64,000 nucleotides of DNA from Eremomyces bilateralis CBS 781.70 (taxonomy: Eukaryota), in assembly GCA_010015585.1 (NCBI GenBank), contig ML975153.1. One strand, written 5' to 3'. The notes beneath the pieces were generated by a model. That model ran no database searches. It saw only the letters and a list, made by a program, of their open reading frames with translations, and had not been told where the DNA came from. Shown here piece by piece: positions 1 to 12,358 of the stretch. The position numbers and the translations under genes are program-made. Each line of letters starts with the position of its first letter. Positions within the stretch are counted from its first letter, which is position 1.

Positions 1-1114
1 TTCTCTTCATCCTGGAAGAACCAGCCTTGCGCATCCTGCACCAACCGCTCCCGCTGCTGCGTCTCGATGTTGCACTCGGAGTGCAGCTTACCCACGTAGC
101 GCGTCTCGGCATGCTTATCCAGGTCCCGCCATTGCCGCCGGCCAAAGTCTTGAACATCTCGAGGATTGACGTAATACGGAACCTTTAGGTTCGACGAAGT
201 GTGCTGCATCGTATAGGGTGGGGAGACAGAGTCGAAGCGAACTTGCGGGCCTGATGGTTCGGAGTTCCCGCTAAAAATGGAGGAAAGGAGGGGGAGGACG
301 AAGAGGAAGAGAAGAGGGAGGAGAGACGTGAGGGTGCTGTAGGCGCTGGGTGCGGGTTCGTTCTGAGCTCCATTCGCACGCCGCCGAGGTCTTCCATTAT
401 TGAACTGATGGACTCGGATCCCCGGTCCTCCTCCCATGTTGAAACTGAAAACGGGGCCGTCGAAAAAGTCGCCTCCTGGAACTTTTGGTAAGCGGGGGTT
501 ATAATTTGATAGGGGTGCGATATGCACATACCGAATCCTCCGCCGCCAAATGCGCCACCGCCGCCGAAGAACTGCCTGAACATTTCCTCCGGTGATATCT
601 CCTCCTCGAACATGGAGCCGCCTCCGCGTGCGCCTGGTGATCGCGCGAACCCGCTAAAGGGGGACGTCGCTGGGCCGCCGCCGCCTCCGAATCTGCTGTC
701 GGGATCCCCGCCGAACTTGTCATATTTGGTCTTCTTGTCTGGATCGGATAGGACTTGAAATGCCCTTGAGACCACTGCGAAAGCATCAGTCAGCTTGGAC
801 GACTTCCTTATCGGAGACGATTGCCAATACTCACTTTTGAAAGCCTCATCCGCGCCATCGTAGCCGTTCTTGTCGGGGTGAGTTAGTAAACTTAACTTCC
901 GGTAGGCTTTCTTAATATCCGAGTCCGAACACGACGCGCGGACTTCCTCCAGCCCCAAGATATCGTAATATCCTGTTGCTGCACATTTCCGGACTCTTAT
1001 GACGGCGGTCTTCTGCTCCGCGGTAAATGCCCTCCCGGCGCTGCCATCGTGATGTGCTCGGTGCTTTGCGTCGCCATTCGGAGTCGCATTCGACCCGGTG
1101 GCCTTTCCCGACAT
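1..1114 (-). CDS. HLJ1: ER-membrane DnaJ co-chaperone (Hlj1/DNAJB12-like): J domain, G/F-rich region, TM segment and DUF1977-like C-terminus; 3' end runs off the window edge
   Basis: J domain YYDILG...YRKLSLLTHPDKN with HPD motif, followed by EEEISPEEMFRQFFGG. Introns at 775-834 and 476-531 restore the frame into a C-terminal region (…LKVPYYVNP…AQGWFFQDEE). Confidence 0.85.
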
Positions 1115-1680
1115 TACTAGCGGCGACCCTGGAAGTTATAGCCCGCTACAAACGCTCGGGAGTTCGAAGATTGCGTTTGATAATCGGTTGGGAACGGAAG
1201 TCGAGGCGCTGGTGCAAGGTACGGAATCGAATCGTGGGCTTTAAAGACAGTTGTCCATATGGCATAAGAGGGGTGGACACAGGGTTTGCGGGTCGGGGTG
1301 TGGTGATAAGTCCTTTTCGGAGTTATGGATGAGTCCAGATTGCATATCGCAATGAGGATTGTTCGTCAGTTGTTGTCACTCCAGTCCAACGTTGCGCCAC
1401 CTAACACTCCTAGTCCACAGATCTTAGTTCTCGAAGACAGGACACCGAATTGATGGTTATGTCAGCATATTTTCCTTGTTATCGGTATCAAATCCCTGTC
1501 TGTTAGTCCAGAATGGCTTCCACACGTGAGACCTAACCCTGACGGTGATAGCGTGTATTGAATTTCGTAGGGAATCACCATCCATATTGAATGCTGAGTA
1601 AGTACTCAATTCGTTCGACTTCACTTCAACGTGTTGCTGTCAAAACGTCTCCGTTCGCTAGAATTAACAGGATCGCCATC

Positions 1681-2166
1681 ATGTCTAAAGCTCCATCGTC
1701 AGAGGATACAAAGACCAATGTTTTTGAGTATGCGAGGAAATGGGGTGGTACGTCGACGGCTATTTCGCCCTCACCAATGACCTGGAGCTCATTCGTGTGT
1801 AGAAAACCCATTGCCTCCCACTGTGCTGGCAACTCTGATCACAGCTCAACACGCTCGACCTCTGCAAAAACTTCCTATGGTCTTCGCTCCCCTATTTCTG
1901 TTCACCTCGTACATGAACCTAGGTGGTTACAAAACGGAGGCCGCAGGAACGTCAGCCGCATGGAGCGCCCTCTATATGCTCCTAGCCAGCCGACGCAAAC
2001 AAGTACGAACCACGCTCTCCCATTCGGATGGTGTGTATCACCTGCTTACTTATACACACTGTAGAGTATTAAATCGACCTTCTCTGTAAGAGGAGTCGTA
2101 AGAGGGGCGACCATGGCCACATGCGCGGTGCAAGTCGCCGGAGGTGCACTGGCATATCTTACTTGA
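1681..2166 (+). CDS. Small conserved fungal membrane protein, AIM19-like
   Basis: Three exons (introns about 1748-1803 and 2003-2064) give MSKAP…PPTVLATLITAQHARP…GYKTEAAGTSAAWSALY…VVRGATMATCAVQVAGGALAYLT*. The AG..A.WSALY motif resembles yeast Aim19. Divergent from HLJ1. Confidence 0.6.
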
Positions 2167-3559
2167 ATCTGCAAATTCCAAGTCAATAGAGCACCAGTCA
2201 CCCACTGGGGATTCACTCGCTCCCGTTTACACCGTCCTTTTGCTTTTAATATCTTCAGACGGGTCGATTGATACCCTTCTCCTTGTCCACAAAAGTTTTA
2301 TGCCGATTGCTACGTCAATGCTCCGTACGCTGCCCGTATATACGCTGAGCTTCGTTTGGAGTCAATGGAGTATGGTCATGTCTTCACGCAGACTGGTTCC
2401 GGTCGTTGAGATTCCACGCTTTTTCTACAACTTTTTTTGCATGAACTCTCGACCCCGAGGATATAGCTGCTCTCGTGCTCGTGGAGATCGCCTGTTGCTG
2501 CACTGGAACAGCACCGTGCTTGTGTGGGCGGCGAAGAAGGTCCCCGTCAGCGAATGCGTCGTCTCAGGGCACGAATGGTATGCGAATGGATGGATCAAAT
2601 ACCTGTTATTATCGAACAGTCCAAGCTGTGCTGGGCCGATCCGGTTTCGAACGGTGCCAGTGACAAAAAGGCAGAATTTACCCTCGAACAGAGAAAGATC
2701 GCATTCTTATGAGGCAGATGCTTTGTCCCCTAAATTGTTCCAAATACTCCAAATATATAACTAATACTACCGAGTACTACTCGAAGGCTACGGTTGACGT
2801 GATTAGTGCCACCATTTTACTATATATCATGGGTCCGAGACTGGGTAGTGTTGCCAAGCTGAACGCCTTTCTAGTTCATGGAGGCAGCGTTCAAAGCGAA
2901 ACGAAAAAAAGTGCGGGTCTCTAAGCAGATGTCTGGATGCATTGGATTCGATAAAGACCATTCAGATGGCCATCATTATTTGCAGTTTAATTTATCGAGA
3001 TCAAGCTACCATCCGACATCCTCTACCCAAACCAACTCGCTCCTTTGGAGCCCTTCACTCGTGGCTCCAAGATGCTGGGATCCGGACATGTCTTCCAACT
3101 GGCCGAAAGGGTTCTACAAATATGCCGGATCGTGAACGGATTTAACCAGTACTGAGTGTTGGTGAGATGTCGAACCTGGACGTTACCCTACCTGTACCGT
3201 CCCTGTAGTTTAGGAACACATGACCTTGATGTGCGATAGGAGACCTAGGCGAAGTTCCCTTCAGCGTATCCTGAACTAGTTAAATGCGGGCTGCTGATAT
3301 CTCCATGGCGAAACAATTGGCAGGCTCTAATCAGAATTTTGAAACACTTTCCAACTGGGGAGCCATGGTGGTTGCATCCTTCTTCAACAATCGATGGCGT
3401 GGTGACTGGTGTGTCCTACATGACTATGCTGAGTGACAGTCGTTTAAGACATAAAGTCATATGATACAGGAATACGGGCCACGCATGTGTTCGCACAATG
3501 CGTTCTGATATAAAATAGCGAGCATACAAGCCATTCTGAATCATGATCCAACCGACAAA

Positions 3560-3802
3560 ATGTGTAACTACGTGCACTTCGCTCACGGCACGTGTGGGAA
3601 AGAGGACTACCGGTGGAGGTACTGTGAGGGCTCCTCACCAGCCAGTCACGATTCTAGGCACAGTCGTGTACGATGCAGCACTGTTGGAGAGGAAGAATTC
3701 GAATTGAAGCCATGTCATGCTGGAGCATGCAGAGCATGCAGGAGGGTCGAGAGACAGCGCGGAATGTCAAGCTGGGCTCGCCTGGTGGATCGGCTCTTCT
3801 GA
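3560..3802 (+). CDS. Putative small Cys/His-rich protein (80 aa)
   Basis: ATG in good context (ACAAAATG), with TATAAAA about 50 bp upstream. MCxY…HxxC…C N-terminus and CHAGACRAC near the C-terminus. Confidence 0.4.
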   Translation: MCNYVHFAHGTCGKEDYRWRYCEGSSPASHDSRHSRVRCSTVGEEEFELKPCHAGACRACRRVERQRGMSSWARLVDRLF

Positions 3803-4024
3803 CGTAGGCGAATACCTGGTGCAGATGAACGCTGAACCTTCACGCTAACCATGAATGCTCGTTTAGATATCGCATCTGCTTGTGATAGCACAGAGGCAGT
3901 CTATATTCTGAAAGCCAACGCAGCATGCCCCCACCTACTCGCCTGAAATGCGGAACGACCCTGGAAACCTCCCTTTTCCGAGGCAGAAGCATTGGCCGAC
4001 ATGCGGAATCCCAGCATTGGCTAG

Positions 4025-7000
4025 CTAAGATGTGTCCATCGGCTCACCCTCCCCTGGAACAGCAGCGGCCAACTTTTGCTGCAGTTTCTCCTGCTTGAAT
4101 GCCTCGATCCGAGCGATCATCTCAGTGTCCGGAAGGACGTCTTCGATCTTCAACGGTGTCCGATTGAAAGGGTCGTGTGGATCACTCAGCAAATGGCTCC
4201 GAATAGTGCTGCGATCGATCGTGACGCGACTCGTCGGCAATATCACGGGATCCTCCATCAGCGTGTAGACAAGGGGATCCAAGAACTCGTCGGGGATTTC
4301 TCCCAAGTCTTCCTCCGCTTGCTGGTCCGCTTGTTTCGCGACCTGGACCTTGGCGGCCAGGTCCTCCCACTTCTGCAGGTCCTCTTGCGACTTGTAGCTA
4401 AACCGCTTCATGATATTCGCCGCTTGGATGAAGTTCTGCGGCTTGTAGGATCGGCCGTCGCGGGCGATGGCGGTGATGAAGTTCGGCCTTTCGCGCAAGT
4501 TCAGGTATACGTCGAATATATCGGCTAGCAGGTCTTTGGGCCGGAAGCCGTATTCGGCCGGGTTGTCGACCTTGAGATTGGTTTGTTTGGGGCCGACGAG
4601 GGCATCAAGATTGTAATCAAGCATATCTGCTAGTCGCTGAACAATTTCCGGCATTGTAAAAGACTTAGCTAAAGTTTCGGTGAAGAGTGTGAGCATGGAG
4701 ACCGTCTCATTGGTCAATTGCATGTATCCCTTCGCTCTGCCTTGCGCGGAAGAAAGGGCTTCTTCTTTCTCCCTTCTTGTATTCTCGTCCATACCAGTGT
4801 TCCCTGGTTGGTTCAGTTCTCGTTGTAGGTCGTGTATGGTAGTGAAGGCGTTGAACGACTCATCGAGGACGAAGGTGACGTCGTTCAACAGGAGATTAAC
4901 AAACCGCACGAAAAAGTCTAGATTGACCCTGCGAAACGAAGGTTAGAATGGTTCCCGCACGCTGGTGATGAATACTTACTTGGCTTCGGTCCCAAGGTTG
5001 TCCCGATAGATGGTGTTTGACCAGACAGATTTGATGATCTGAAAGATCTCGTACCGAATGTTGAATTTGTCAAAGAATTGCGTATGAGCTCCGGTACTTT
5101 CCACTTCAATAAAGAACTGCATGAGCGCATGGAGGAGGTGCTTCAAGGCGAACGGCGACCCAATGAGAAGGTCCCCTAGGACTCCTTTAGGGCGACCCCT
5201 GAACCCGAAGGTACCGTGGAACAAGATACTGACCAGGCCCGCTTTGAGATAAGGGTTTTTGATGTATTCGGAGCTGCGGAGAAAAGTGATGCAGATCACC
5301 ATGAGCTCTTCACACTGTGTTGAGGTGATGATGTGAGGCATGGTCCGGGTGATGAACTTGAAGTTATCCACGATCACCTCCAAGAAGTATTCGGGTAAAC
5401 ACTCGAACACTTCGGGGACGTCCTCCGGGAGCGGGAGTTCCAATGGTTTGGTCGGATAACTGCAAGTCGGGGACGCCAGCCGAATTAGGAAAACAATGAC
5501 ATATCGCATGAACTGCATCGAACGAGCCTGGGTGAGTTCATCGAGAAGCACACCCTGATGAGCGCGGAATACGGAGTAGCCTCGCTCGATCTGGTCCTTG
5601 TACTTCTTCAGTGCCGCTTCGAACAGCCGCAACTGCCCAGGATTATGGGTGTATTTGTGCCTTTCGGTTTCGAACTTCTCTACCATCTTTTCCATGCGCT
5701 GCAAGTCCTTTTGGTGATCTGATAGCTTCGAGCTCACGGCTTCCATCCCATAGCGATGAGCCGCGACAGTGAGGAAGAACAGCTCGGAAATGAAGTTAGA
5801 CGTGCCTTCGACTTGCTCCGTATAGAATTCGTCCGACTTCTTTTGATCTGCGTTGAACTTCGTCTCGTCGCTGATGTCGAGCCGAGGTGATCGTCGGAAA
5901 TACGCCACGTCGATTCTATCAATCTTCGAGAACGTAGCGTCCATGAAAGGCTCGCACAATCGATCCAGAATGACCGTCACATTGACCATAAACGGATCCG
6001 TTGCAACAGCCGCAGGGTCGACTTGTATGGCTCTTCGCTTATGGTTGAGGTTGACCGTCATGGCGAGCCAGTCCAGCATTCGCTCCCGCGGCTCCTTGGA
6101 TGCCTTGATGATGAAGTTCGCGATATCGAATAACTCGTCCTGGTGGGTCTGAAGGGTCATGCGCAAGGCGCGTTGCGCCTCCAGGATCTGATTCTCCGGC
6201 TTGTTCCGCGATCCATTAAAATAGTTCTCGGCGACGTCTCCAGAAAGGGGAGAGAGGCGGAAGAACGGGCCGAGTAACGTATCTGTTTCGATTGTGGATG
6301 CTGTGATGCTGGAGGGGAGGAACTGTGGTGACTTCGTCATAGCATCGACGACGAGGGGATAACGGACCAGGTTCCGGATCGCTAACATATATGGCTTGTA
6401 GTTGTCGTTCATGGAGAGCTTCTTCAGTTTCTCACTGAGTTGCTCGACCGCAGCTAGCAGAGCATCTTTGATACTATCGTCCTCTTTGAACCGCAACGAC
6501 GCCTCGGTAAGGAAGTCATGACAGATGCCTGAGTCACACTCGGGGTCGACAAGAAGATGCTCGATGAGCGGGCTCGTTTCGGGGGTATCCCGGCCGAACA
6601 TCTCCGGCATCGTGATGGCAAAGATGCAATAGCTCATACACAGCCGCCTGGCTTCTTTGATCACGGCGAATTTGGGGTCGTTGGGACCCAACGAACTCAT
6701 GCTCCTCCACTGCCGCGACACTCGTTTCCAGCATCCAAGCAAGTAGTTGAACGGCTCTTCTTTGGAAAGATTGGAGGCCGCCTCCACAATCGCTCCATCC
6801 AATACCCCGACGCTGACCCTCAGCGGCTCACCCTGTTCTTCTAAATCAGCCTTCACTCCTTCGACAAAGTGTAGCCTCTGCCCGAGTCCGTCCGCCGTGT
6901 TCTGTCCTTTCACCGTGAGCCGGAAGATGCTGCTCAGTGTCCGGTCTTCCCATGTCTCGAGATTTTCTCTCTCGCCTTGCCGCGAAGCCGGCTGCTTGTT

Positions 7001-7412
7001 GCCCTGCGGTGTGTGTTGTGGAGTGGTGCTGTTGGGTGTCTGCGGTGTGGAAATCGGCTTCGTAGGCGTTGGTGTTTCCGGTTTCATGCTCAGCGGCGCA
7101 ACCGAGTCTCCTTTCGGCGCTGACATCGCGGCACGAGGCCCTGATGGCTCGACTGGCGGTGTCCGCGTAGGTTGCTGTTGTGGCGGCTGCGAAGACAGGT
7201 TGTCCTCTACCTTCGGCACTCCAGAGGGAGGCGCTTCAACTTGCGAAACGTCGCTTGTTGAGGGAGTGACGTTCGAGCCTGTAAACCGTCCTCCACCTAG
7301 TTTGGCCAGGCGTTTATTTCGGATCTGTCCAGCAGCATTAGAGGTCTGGTCGCAGTATGCGGATAGCGGAAATGCCCCTCACCTTCTCCGCATCGGACTG
7401 CGCGTCTCCCAT
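4025..7412 (-). CDS. UFD2: Ubiquitin conjugation factor E4 (U-box E3/E4 ligase)
   Basis: MGDAQSDAEK|IRNKRLAKL start, Ufd2P core (…QFFDKFNIRYEIFQI…) and C-terminal U-box IPDEFLDPL…DPFNRTPL. Introns at 7325-7382 and 4929-4979. Confidence 0.95.
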
Positions 7413-9097
7413 GGTGACTATGCTTATAAATCACACCAGTAAAGAGCGGCTGTGGTGTGGGAACGCTGGGACCTGTGGAATCCCAAAGAAGAACAGTTGT
7501 GTGGTGGTGGGATGTGTAGAAAGGAAGTCCCGAAGTATGGGAGACGCAAGTAGCTCTCGGTGTATGGTGTGGTTGTAGACAGAATGACGGCAAGGTCAGC
7601 GGTGAAATAGTTCATGGGTTTGGACCTCGCAACCAAACACTCATGTGGGTTTATAGGCAGACACCGCACTAGAATTCGGAATTCTCTGGCGACACAGCCT
7701 TTATCGATAATAATGAGGGACAGTGTGGTGATGAATTATCGACATGTGTTTCTGTGTTGAGAGATGGGTAGCTTTCTGGACAGGGCGACGACTTAACGTT
7801 TGATATGGCCGTCATAAGTGTAGCACGGTATTTTTTAAGTCATCAAATAAGCCTTATCAAATACCTATTAGAGGGCAGATTGCGATTTTTGAGTTTTTTG
7901 ATTGCGTAGAGAATGTATCTGTCTTTATCCTCCGTACTTAGATATGCTTTGCTAAAGCTCGTGTATGCGTCATACTAGAGTGCCAGGACTGGGGAAATAC
8001 ATCAACACCTAGAGCGAGAAGTAGTGTTGATGTGTTTCTACCGGATGCCGTCGTCAGGGGCACAACACTACAGGCCTTTCGGAGGGTGGTAACATTCATT
8101 CGGTATGTGCATTCACGATAAGTCACACTCGGATGTTCGCCAGGTGCCTAAGAGTCATCAGGTTATATCACCGGCACGTACAGTGGCATCAATCCAAATG
8201 TACGATTGAACGCTATAGAAAGGGGTGGGGGGATGGAACTATTACATGGTGAGCACGCGTGGATCTAGTCCCTTGACGTGAGGATAGGAAATGGAGGAAA
8301 CATGAACTGAGCACCGAAGCAGCCCTGAGGGAGTAAGACAGCAGCAGATGGGGAAGGGAATGAGGAAGGGGACGGAGCGTTGTGTGACCGCAGGAATGTG
8401 TGCAAGAGCAAGTGTAAAACCACCTATGGCTCGCTCTCCATGGCACATTCCCATTCATAAAATTGGGCACTTTCATCGGTAGCTGGGCGACGTCGAAAGG
8501 CAGTCAGCAGTTCCATTCACTCGGAAGTCGCTACACACAATCGCGGTCAGAATCAGAAGGATTCTCGCAGATGTAAAGCCCATGTGGAAGGCAGAAGAAG
8601 CTTGAGTTGATTTTCAGCCTGGCAGAACCGCCATCTCGCATACACGCTGAGGCTCTGGACGTCCAAATCCACCTTGACCACGCCAGCAGAAACCTCCAAA
8701 TGCCGTCTCATGAATGCTGGACGAGAACCCACGTGCTTGAAAACGCCCCATCCCCACAGCCAAGAGCTCTAACGCGTTAAGGGGGTCGGAAGTTGGTGGA
8801 GAAGGCAAGTTGATGGGGAATTTGATTGGCGATCGAGATCAACTGCCGAGATCGTTTCCTCGGGGGTCGCGCGGTAGATTCTAAGGAATAAAGCCGGTGC
8901 ACAAGACTTTCAAATTAAAGGCAAACAAGACAAAGAAGGATGGTTAGGGTGCGGAACGATTGCACAGTTCATTGTTCCCTCGAATGCAAGAGAAAAGGTA
9001 TCGTAGAAGTTTTGCTCAAGGTCCGAGCAGAGAAGCCAAGCCGTATGACGGACCGGCCAGTCGATCGCATATTATGCGAGATGCATCGGAAACCCGT

Positions 9098-10086
9098 CTA
9101 TAGGATGGTGCACTTCTTCTTCTTCTTGGTGGTCTTCGTCAAGGCGGCACGCGTGGCATGCTCGAACACCTCACGGACACCATCGTTGGTCTTTGCGGAG
9201 CACTCGAGGTATTTGACAGCACCGATTCGCTTGCGGACTTCCTCTCCCTGCATCATGTCAGCATTAGGCCGGAGCATTGCCGGAGCCAACGGATTGACGG
9301 CGGAGGGGTGACACGAACCTGTTCAGGGGTAACGGGCTTCTGCGAAGTCTTGTGGAGTTCCTCGATAGTCTTCTGATCGAAGCGGAGATCCTTTTTGCAA
9401 CCGACGAGGATGATGGGCAAGCCTTGGCAGAAGTGAAGCACCTCGGAGATCCACTATCGATGACATAACAGTTAGTGCAAGCTTCGAATAGCTACAAGTG
9501 AGCGATAAAGATGGAGAGGGAGTTTGTGTATGTATTCCGATAACGAAAATGAATCGCACCTTTTCCTGAACGTTGTCGAGAGAGTCGGGAGAGTCAACGG
9601 CAAAGCATATCAGGATGACATGGGAGTCGGGATATGAGAGCGGTCGCAGACGGTCGTAGTCCTCCTGGCCGGCCGTGTCCCACAGGGCCAGTTCAACGTG
9701 TTTGCCATCGACCTCGACATCGGCAACGTAGTTCTCGAAGACGGTGGGCACATATACCTAAAGAGATTGCAGTGTTAGCTGGAGCTCCTTGCCTAATGGT
9801 GTCCCAAATTGCGGTAATGTCCGATTTGGGTGAGGAGACGTGTGGACGCGTGGAGGGCTCAAGAACTTACCTCCGGGAAAGTACCCTTGGAAAAGACACT
9901 ACACGATGAAGATTAGTCTCTTGTCCAGCTCTATCTCATGGATGCATAACGGGCCGTATCGATCACTGATGAAAGGGGTGGATGGAAGTCGATGAGAGCT
10001 TTCGAGGATGGAACTCACATGAGCAAGCAGGTCTTCCCACAAGCACCATCGCCGACAATGACGAGTTTGCGACGGAGTTCCGCCAT
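9098..10086 (-). CDS. RHO1: Rho1 small GTPase
   Basis: [50 protein letters not shown], polybasic tail and CAAX box CTIL. Four introns. Confidence 0.97.
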
Positions 10087-12358
10087 CTCTGGTGATGGAG
10101 AAGAGATTGGAATGGGATGGAAAAGAATTCAGACGAATGGAGGTTATGAGCGAGGAAAGTGGTTGATGTAAATTGTGGAAAGTCAAGCAGGAGACGGAGA
10201 GCGGTGGGTGGTGGTGGATATGGAGAGGGAAGTGTTGTTGAAGGGGATCTTAGTTTGGGTGTGGAGTGTGCAGATGAAAGATTTCAAGTGTTGGAACAGA
10301 ACGGAACGATTGCTGTCAGAGCAATTCGCAAGACGCAACCTAAGTACCGTAATATTACTGGGGATTAGCCACCATTAGGCTAGACCTAGGGTCACCTAGG
10401 GCCACCGCAGCCAACTGGTTCCATTTTGAGGGGAAGGGGGAGATAGAGCCACACTGCCAGAGAGAGCCAGAGAGCGGGGAGGGGAGGGGTGCCGCGGCGG
10501 ATGCTGCTGGTCGCTGGGCTGTGACTCTGGGCTGTGAACTGGCTCCTAGCTGGGGTGTTAGGCCGTGGCCTGCGAGGCGGGAGCCTGTGCAGTAGTTCCC
10601 TGTGTAGACAACAGCGAGTGCTTGGCTTTGAGTTCAGAGTTCATATCTCTGGTGCTCCATTAGCCAGACAAGACTGGCGACTGGCAACTGGCAACTGACA
10701 TAACAGACAGGCGACAACAGTAGTACCTTCCTACCTAGTTTCTACATCCTCTGTCATATCTTGTTTCTGTACTGGTACCTAGCCTTCTCAACAGCCCACA
10801 CACAAAGAGCTTCGGAAAGTGAGAAGCGGAGGACTGGTCAAGGCCCAAGGGTTACTGCGGCTGTGCAAGAGAATGGCCGCAGCACAGCGGTTCAAGTGGA
10901 GTTAGGCTCATTGAGGCTCAGGATAAAAGCTGACATTCTTGCTGCACTGCCAACGATCACTTCAAGTTTTGATCCCATTTATGATATCACCGATCAGGTT
11001 GTCAGTTGTCACATCACAGAACGTTGGCAACTTCACGTTGCTCTGTTCTTGCGCCTGGAGATCGTGCCAGGAGCGCTGGCTTAAACTCTCAGGCTTAAGC
11101 TCCCTGTCCCTGTCCCTCCCCTCGCCAACGCCACAGCCTCGTGCAGTTGAGTGGTTCTGCAATCTGCATGCGCTGATCATCCTACTCTGGACTTCTATTA
11201 TTCTAGCATGAGTGGGACCCTGGCTGAGTTCTGTGCATGAGTCTATGAGATGATACACGCATCGTATACTGTCTGATGGGACCTCATAACCATCAAAGGA
11301 TAATAGAAGGGACGGAGCTCACGGCGGATATTCACTAAGGGTGCTGGAGACGCAGCCGTGAGCAGATGAGACAACCGTTCAACACCGGTATTTGTTTGAC
11401 TGTACTCTGTAATATTGCAATGATTTGATATGTAATCTGTATGGCTGTAATATTGATTCTCAGCTGTACGTCCACCCCACCCAAGCTGTTGCCTGTTGAG
11501 TCCCGACTCCTAAAGGGGGGCGGCCAACTCTCACAAAGGTCAAGTCTTGAGGATGCCCGCATTCTTCTGGACTTTATTTGAACAATACAAAGGTGGAACA
11601 TGTCGTCTTTCATTCAATGGTTAACACTCGACAGGTTCTTTTGACAAGCGTAATGGGCCCGGACTGCCTCGACAAACATGGTAATCACGTGCTCTTCAGG
11701 ATGAGAGCCCCGTGCACGTGACTCTTGTCCTTCTTCACCAAATGATCAAAGGACCTATCGTTGGCTAAGACAGATATATCCCCACATGGGCCTCGCTGAG
11801 AGGCCTGACGGGCGTATGAATCTCTCTCTCTCTCTAAGACAGATATATATATACATGTGTCAAATGTCAATTGAATAAGAAGAATTGTCAGGATCATTTC
11901 CAGTTTGATCTGAGATTGTTGATCAGATTCCATCGATCAACTACGTGACTTGAGATTACCGATGCAAAACGCCACGCTAAAAGACACAGTCATGCGCTAG
12001 GCTCTTGTATATGCAACCATTCCATGCTGCACCGTCTTCACGGTATTACGTACTTTCCAATCAAAGTAACAGCTTCGGTGTTACAAGATGAGGCAACCTC
12101 TATGGTTGTTGAGCCGCAGCTTGGCGACCATGCCATCTTCTCGAGAGGCGGAGAAGGTTCGCCTGATTGTTCGACACACAAGCTAGGACAAGGCATCTCT
12201 CAAAGATGTACCCTGCCATCATGTAGGTCTTATCACTTGGACTATCGACGGTCCCTGGCCCCTCGTGGGAGCCAACATTGGCTGAGCGCGACCTTGTCGA
12301 GACTGTGCCCGAGTCGCACTGAGCTCAACCACATCACACCACGGAGGAGGATCCCCCA

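Noticed and set aside
2144..2764. 206-aa plus-strand ORF
   Set aside because: It starts at a non-ATG codon overlapping the previous gene's last exon and 3' UTR, and has no motifs or coding-like composition.
6747..7442. 231-aa ORF antisense to UFD2, and similar antisense ORFs over SAK1, MVD1, ASH1 and RSP5
   Set aside because: These are shadow ORFs expected on the opposite strand of GC-rich coding sequence.
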